Notes under the pieces: model-generated
What the model was told of the DNA's origin: nothing
The model's input: only the letters and a program-made list of their open reading frames with translations
The model's database searches: none
Program-made: the position numbers and the translations under genes
In this document: positions 57,863 to 64,000 of the stretch, in pieces
Position numbering within the stretch: position 1 is the first letter of the stretch
Layout of the letters: each line of letters begins with the position of its first letter
Origin: the human T2T-CHM13v2.0 reference genome, Homo sapiens
Length of the DNA: 64,000 nt
Assembly (NCBI RefSeq): GCF_009914755.1
Contig: NC_060929.1
Direction: 5' to 3' (one strand)

Positions 57863-58780
57863 AATCAACTCTTAATAAAGTCTGTGTTTAACAATAACCT
57901 CGCAGAATTTCTGGGAATTAAATAATCAGCTCTCATGTGTCAGTGTGTATTGACTCCTGTACACTATTGCTAACAAATCTAAGATTTCAAACGTTTTCCA
58001 GGTCCTGGGAACTTCACATACTGATACTCTTAGTATATTAAACACATATTTAACAGTTTTAGATATTCTACTACATTTAAGCTGTCCGCTAAAGGAAATT
58101 ATGATGTATTATGTGATCTATATCTTAAACAGCACAGAACAAAAGATTTAACACGTGCCCAATCAAACTATTGATTTGTAAGTACATCCATGACCTACTC
58201 TTCTAAATCTGAAAGTCTTTGAATGGAAAAAAAAAATCTGTAGGCTTGGAAACCTGTGAAGGCTAAATCATATTATAATGATATTCATAATATAAATAAA
58301 TTAGCTCATGCAAGTTTCAGTTTTGACATAATTTATGCAAAATTTGACACACTTTTCTCTAGCTTAAGATATGTGTCACCTAGCAGTACAGGATCTCTGC
58401 ATGGTTGACTTTTGCTGGACTTAACAGGGTACAAAGACAATTGTGGAGCTCACAACAAAAGATCAAAAAGATGCACAACAGTTTTGAGTGTGCTTGGAGT
58501 TCCATTCTGGCTGAATCTGAACTGAATTATTCATGGGTTTTTTTTTAAGTGCAGTAAAAGTGATTTTTTTCTTAAAAAAAAGAAAATCAAGGTTAATTTA
58601 TCTCCTGAAAATACTGAGTCCTTTTCCTGACATGAAAGCAATCAAGCTTTCAGAGTTCAGACACTGATCTTTATGCTGAAACATGAGTCTGAGCGGAATT
58701 CAGATAAAGCTGAGCCATTTTTATTTGCCAAACAAGTGCCCCAATAATTGCCAGGGGAAACATTCCAAAGGTTTCATGAC

Positions 58781-60064
<1,284 letters not shown>

Positions 60065-61277
60065 CAGAACCTACCAAGTACAACACATTCTGGCCCTAGA
60101 GAAAGAAAAAATACTTCTTTGAATGTACCATACATTTTAGCTGAAAGGCCAACAATTGGGGATTTCATTATGACACAATTTCTATTACATTATTTAATAG
60201 ATCTGAGCCTTGAAAAGAGTAACATCACAAAATTGATATGCTTTCCAAATTTAATATTTAGCATATCTTTTTAGATATTTTAATGTTGCATATTTGTTTA
60301 CAATATTTCAATAACACTCTATGAACTCAAATTACAATCACTAGAGGTATATTAAATGTGAGACTCAAAAGAGTTTCTTTCAGCTGTTTCTTTTACTCGA
60401 TTTCAGCTATAGTTAATCATGCTTTGTGTTTATTTCAACTTAGAAAACTAAATGGCAGAAAACAATACTGGTTTGGGGTTTTGTTTTGGGTTTTTTCTTT
60501 TTTTTTGGCCTATTAAAACCTCTTTTTCACACATCTTGAATAAGTATATCCATTTAATAGCACTATAAAAATGTTGGTGTGGCTGTAACGAGATCATTAA
60601 CTTTATTGCTATAATCACTGTACGAGGTTAAACTGTACCCTCAGCAAGAAAATTAGTGTCCAACTGTTCCAGGTGTCTCTCTAAGAATTTTCTCAATACA
60701 ACATGTACTCTGTTGTAATTGAAAAATTAATTATCTACCACTCATGTTTTAGTTTGTCATCTTAAAAAGACATTGTATCACATCAAGTTCCAACTTTTAT
60801 TTGTTTGCTTTTCTGAATTTCTATATTAAAATTTATATTATGAATATTTAAATGAGTATAAGTACCACTCCTATAATATTTTATTCTTATTTTAATACCA
60901 AAATTAAGATTGCAGTTATTATGTACCATCAATTTTATACAATCAATAAAAATTAATGTATTGCAACATTAAAATTTTTGTTTAGCTATCTTATTTTAAT
61001 CAAATAATAAACAAAAAATGCAATAATATATCATCCAGGCAAATTTACTGTGTGAGACAAGAGTATGTCAAAGAAATGTAAAGATTAGGAGCTCTTAGTG
61101 AAGTTAGTTCATATTTTTTGAAGGAGTGAATAAAACTCATGTGGCTGTGATAATTATAGAAACACACTGACTTTGCCATAGCAGTATATATAGAGAAAAC
61201 CATAATCCATAAGCCATAGAGCACAATAAAAATAATAAGAAAATAATTGCAAGTAATGAATTTTGAAAACTGAAATT

Positions 61278-61576
61278 GGCTGGGTGCAGTGGCTCACGCT
61301 TGTAATCCCAGCACTTTGAGGCGGGTGGATCATGAGGTCAGGAGATCAAGACCATCCTGGTTAATACGGTGAAACCCCGTCTCTATTAAAAACACAAAAA
61401 ATTAGCCGGGCATGGTGGCACACACCTGTAGTCCCAGCTACTTGGGAGGCTGAGGCAGAAGAATCGCTTGAACCCAGGAGGCACGGAGGTTGCAGTGAGC
61501 CGAGATCACACCACTGTACTCCAACCGGGGCAACAGAGTGAGGCTTCATCTCAAAAATAAATAAATAAATAAATAA
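61278..61576 (+). mobile_element. Alu (Sc/Y-like) with small left-arm deletion and (AAAT)n tail
   Basis: 'gcactttgaggcgggtggatcatgaggtcaggagatcaagaccatcctgg' lacks 'ggaggcc'. Confidence 0.93.
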
Positions 61577-61804
61577 GAAATCACTATCTAATTCATAAAA
61601 TGAGCCAAATATTCTAAATTAATAAATGAATGGCTGCCCAAATAAGTAAATGAAAAATTAGAGAAAGCAAGTGCAGGTAATATGCAAAACTAGAAAATAT
61701 AAGCAGCTAGAAATATTAAGTTTAAAATATCAAACTTTTAAGAATGACATTAAAAAATGTAAAGATTCTTTCTGGGTTTTGTTTTACTTTTACCTGTAAT
61801 ATAA

Positions 61805-61976
61805 TTTATTTTTTTCAAGTAAACAATATGATTTTACTATGTGTCGTCATTATGCTGTACATTACAGTCCCAGACTTATTCATCTTACAAATGCCTGTTT
61901 ATACCCTGTGACAAACATCTCATTTCCCACATCTTTCATGCCTTGGCAACCACTGTTTGGCTCTCTGCTCTTACGA
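61805..61976 (-). mobile_element. L1M 3'UTR fragment
   Basis: 'tatgctgtacattacagtcccagacttattcatctta...ccttggcaaccactgtttggctctctgct'. Confidence 0.7.
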
Positions 61977-62288
61977 ACAAAGAAGCAGAAAAATAAATAA
62001 AAAGCATGTTTCTGTTTTCTCGGAAAGGCAAATACAAACAAAAATTGTGGTGTAATATTATTTTCAGTCTTGTTAATCCAAACTTTGGAGGTGTGGCTCA
62101 AAAATTACTCATTATTTAATAACTGCAAATAAAAACGAAAGTGGGATCTAACCTTTTCACTTATAGCAGAGATGTTTAAGAAGTTCCATAATGTCCAGTA
62201 ATATCAAGAGTCTGGGAAATGCAAATGTTATAATCTTTTGGTCACTGTTTAAATAAATTATGCAACTTTTCTAGAGAACAGTTGATGA

Positions 62289-62910
<622 letters not shown>

Positions 62911-64000
62911 AATATCTAGCAATATTGTAATTGCTCTATTTTTGACCTAGTGATCATAAGAAGTGAGTAGAGAATAATCATTTTACTACTGTTAAAAAAA
63001 AATGAACATGTATTCAAGTGAAGTCAACCAATTAAACACATTATGAGTTATCTATAGTTAAAAAAAAGCAAAAAAAAAAAACCTGCATTCATTAAATAAA
63101 GGAAGTAAATATCTAAGGGCTAAAAAAATATTTTCCAAGACATATTAGCGAACACAGTAAGGTACAGAGTAATGTGTATATGAATAATATGGTTGCCTTT
63201 GTAAAAAAAATTTATAAATTCAATATATAAATGACACATAGAAAACTTTGAGGAGGAGCTGGGTGAGAGTCCATATTTTACTTCATTTACTTTGCCTCCA
63301 ATTATTTATTATATTTTGATTTTCATATTATTTATTTATATATTTACTTCAATTGTGGTCTCCTGGGAGATAATTTTCATGTTTTTTTTTTCATTTTTGT
63401 CATTATACTTCTCTATTTCTATAGAATTTATTAAATGTTATATGAGCATATGAATAGTACAAGAAAGAGTGAGGAAAAGGTATTCAATCAATATTGCTGA
63501 AATTTTTTAATGATTGGGAAAAATCAGTTCAAAACCTTACCTAATTGTACAAATTACCTCATATTATGCATTTATTAATTCCAGATGGAGCAAAGTACCC
63601 TTTAAAACAAGCTGAAATATACTATAAGATACATCTATCAAACACTAAAAGAATGATAATTTATTAATCTTAGAGGTCTAACAGAAATTATAACAACAAA
63701 CTATCCACACTAGAATAAAGAATTTCTTAGAGATCTTACAAGGAAACTCCCCAGCAATAAGTCTGACAAATAATATATCAAGAACACCAAAAATATACAG
63801 CTTAGTTAAAGGCAAAAATCAGATACCCCTTGCCAGAAACAAGGAGGGAATTAAAGCCATATATATGATAGAAATGTGAGGGTCAGGAGAAAGTAGTTAA
63901 AACCAGGGATAGTTACACATAATCAGAGCCTATTGAATGTGCCTGTGAAATGCTGGGATATAAGGCTAGACCCCACCTTTTAGAGGGCTGTTGGACATGG

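Overview
This is AT-rich, gene-poor primate genomic DNA, most likely human or great ape given AluY/S/J and L1PA copies. It reads as intergenic or deep-intronic. I find no protein-coding gene, tRNA/rRNA gene, CpG island or CRISPR array. The recognisable ORFs are Alu- or L1-derived, and the rest look like chance AT-rich ORFs. The window is dominated by interspersed repeats: about 17 Alu/FLAM copies, L1PA/L1MA fragments, L2/MIR relics, MaLR (MLT1/MST), ERV1 (MER39, LTR8) and ERVL (MLT2A) LTRs, and DNA transposons (MER2, Tigger3, Charlie1, MER3, MER5A). The most notable structures are: a ~9.3 kb multi-level nest of elements inside one MLT1 provirus (16.9-26.2 kb); an LTR8 carrying an MLT2A LTR and an L1PA4-like insertion (36.5-38.2 kb); an Alu-in-Alu with a chimeric duplicated arm (59 kb); and several small templated-duplication scars, including an exact 30-bp repeat 657 bp apart. 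I do not see evidence for a new biological system. Subfamily names come from recalled consensus features, not from a database search, so they need RepeatMasker/Dfam confirmation.
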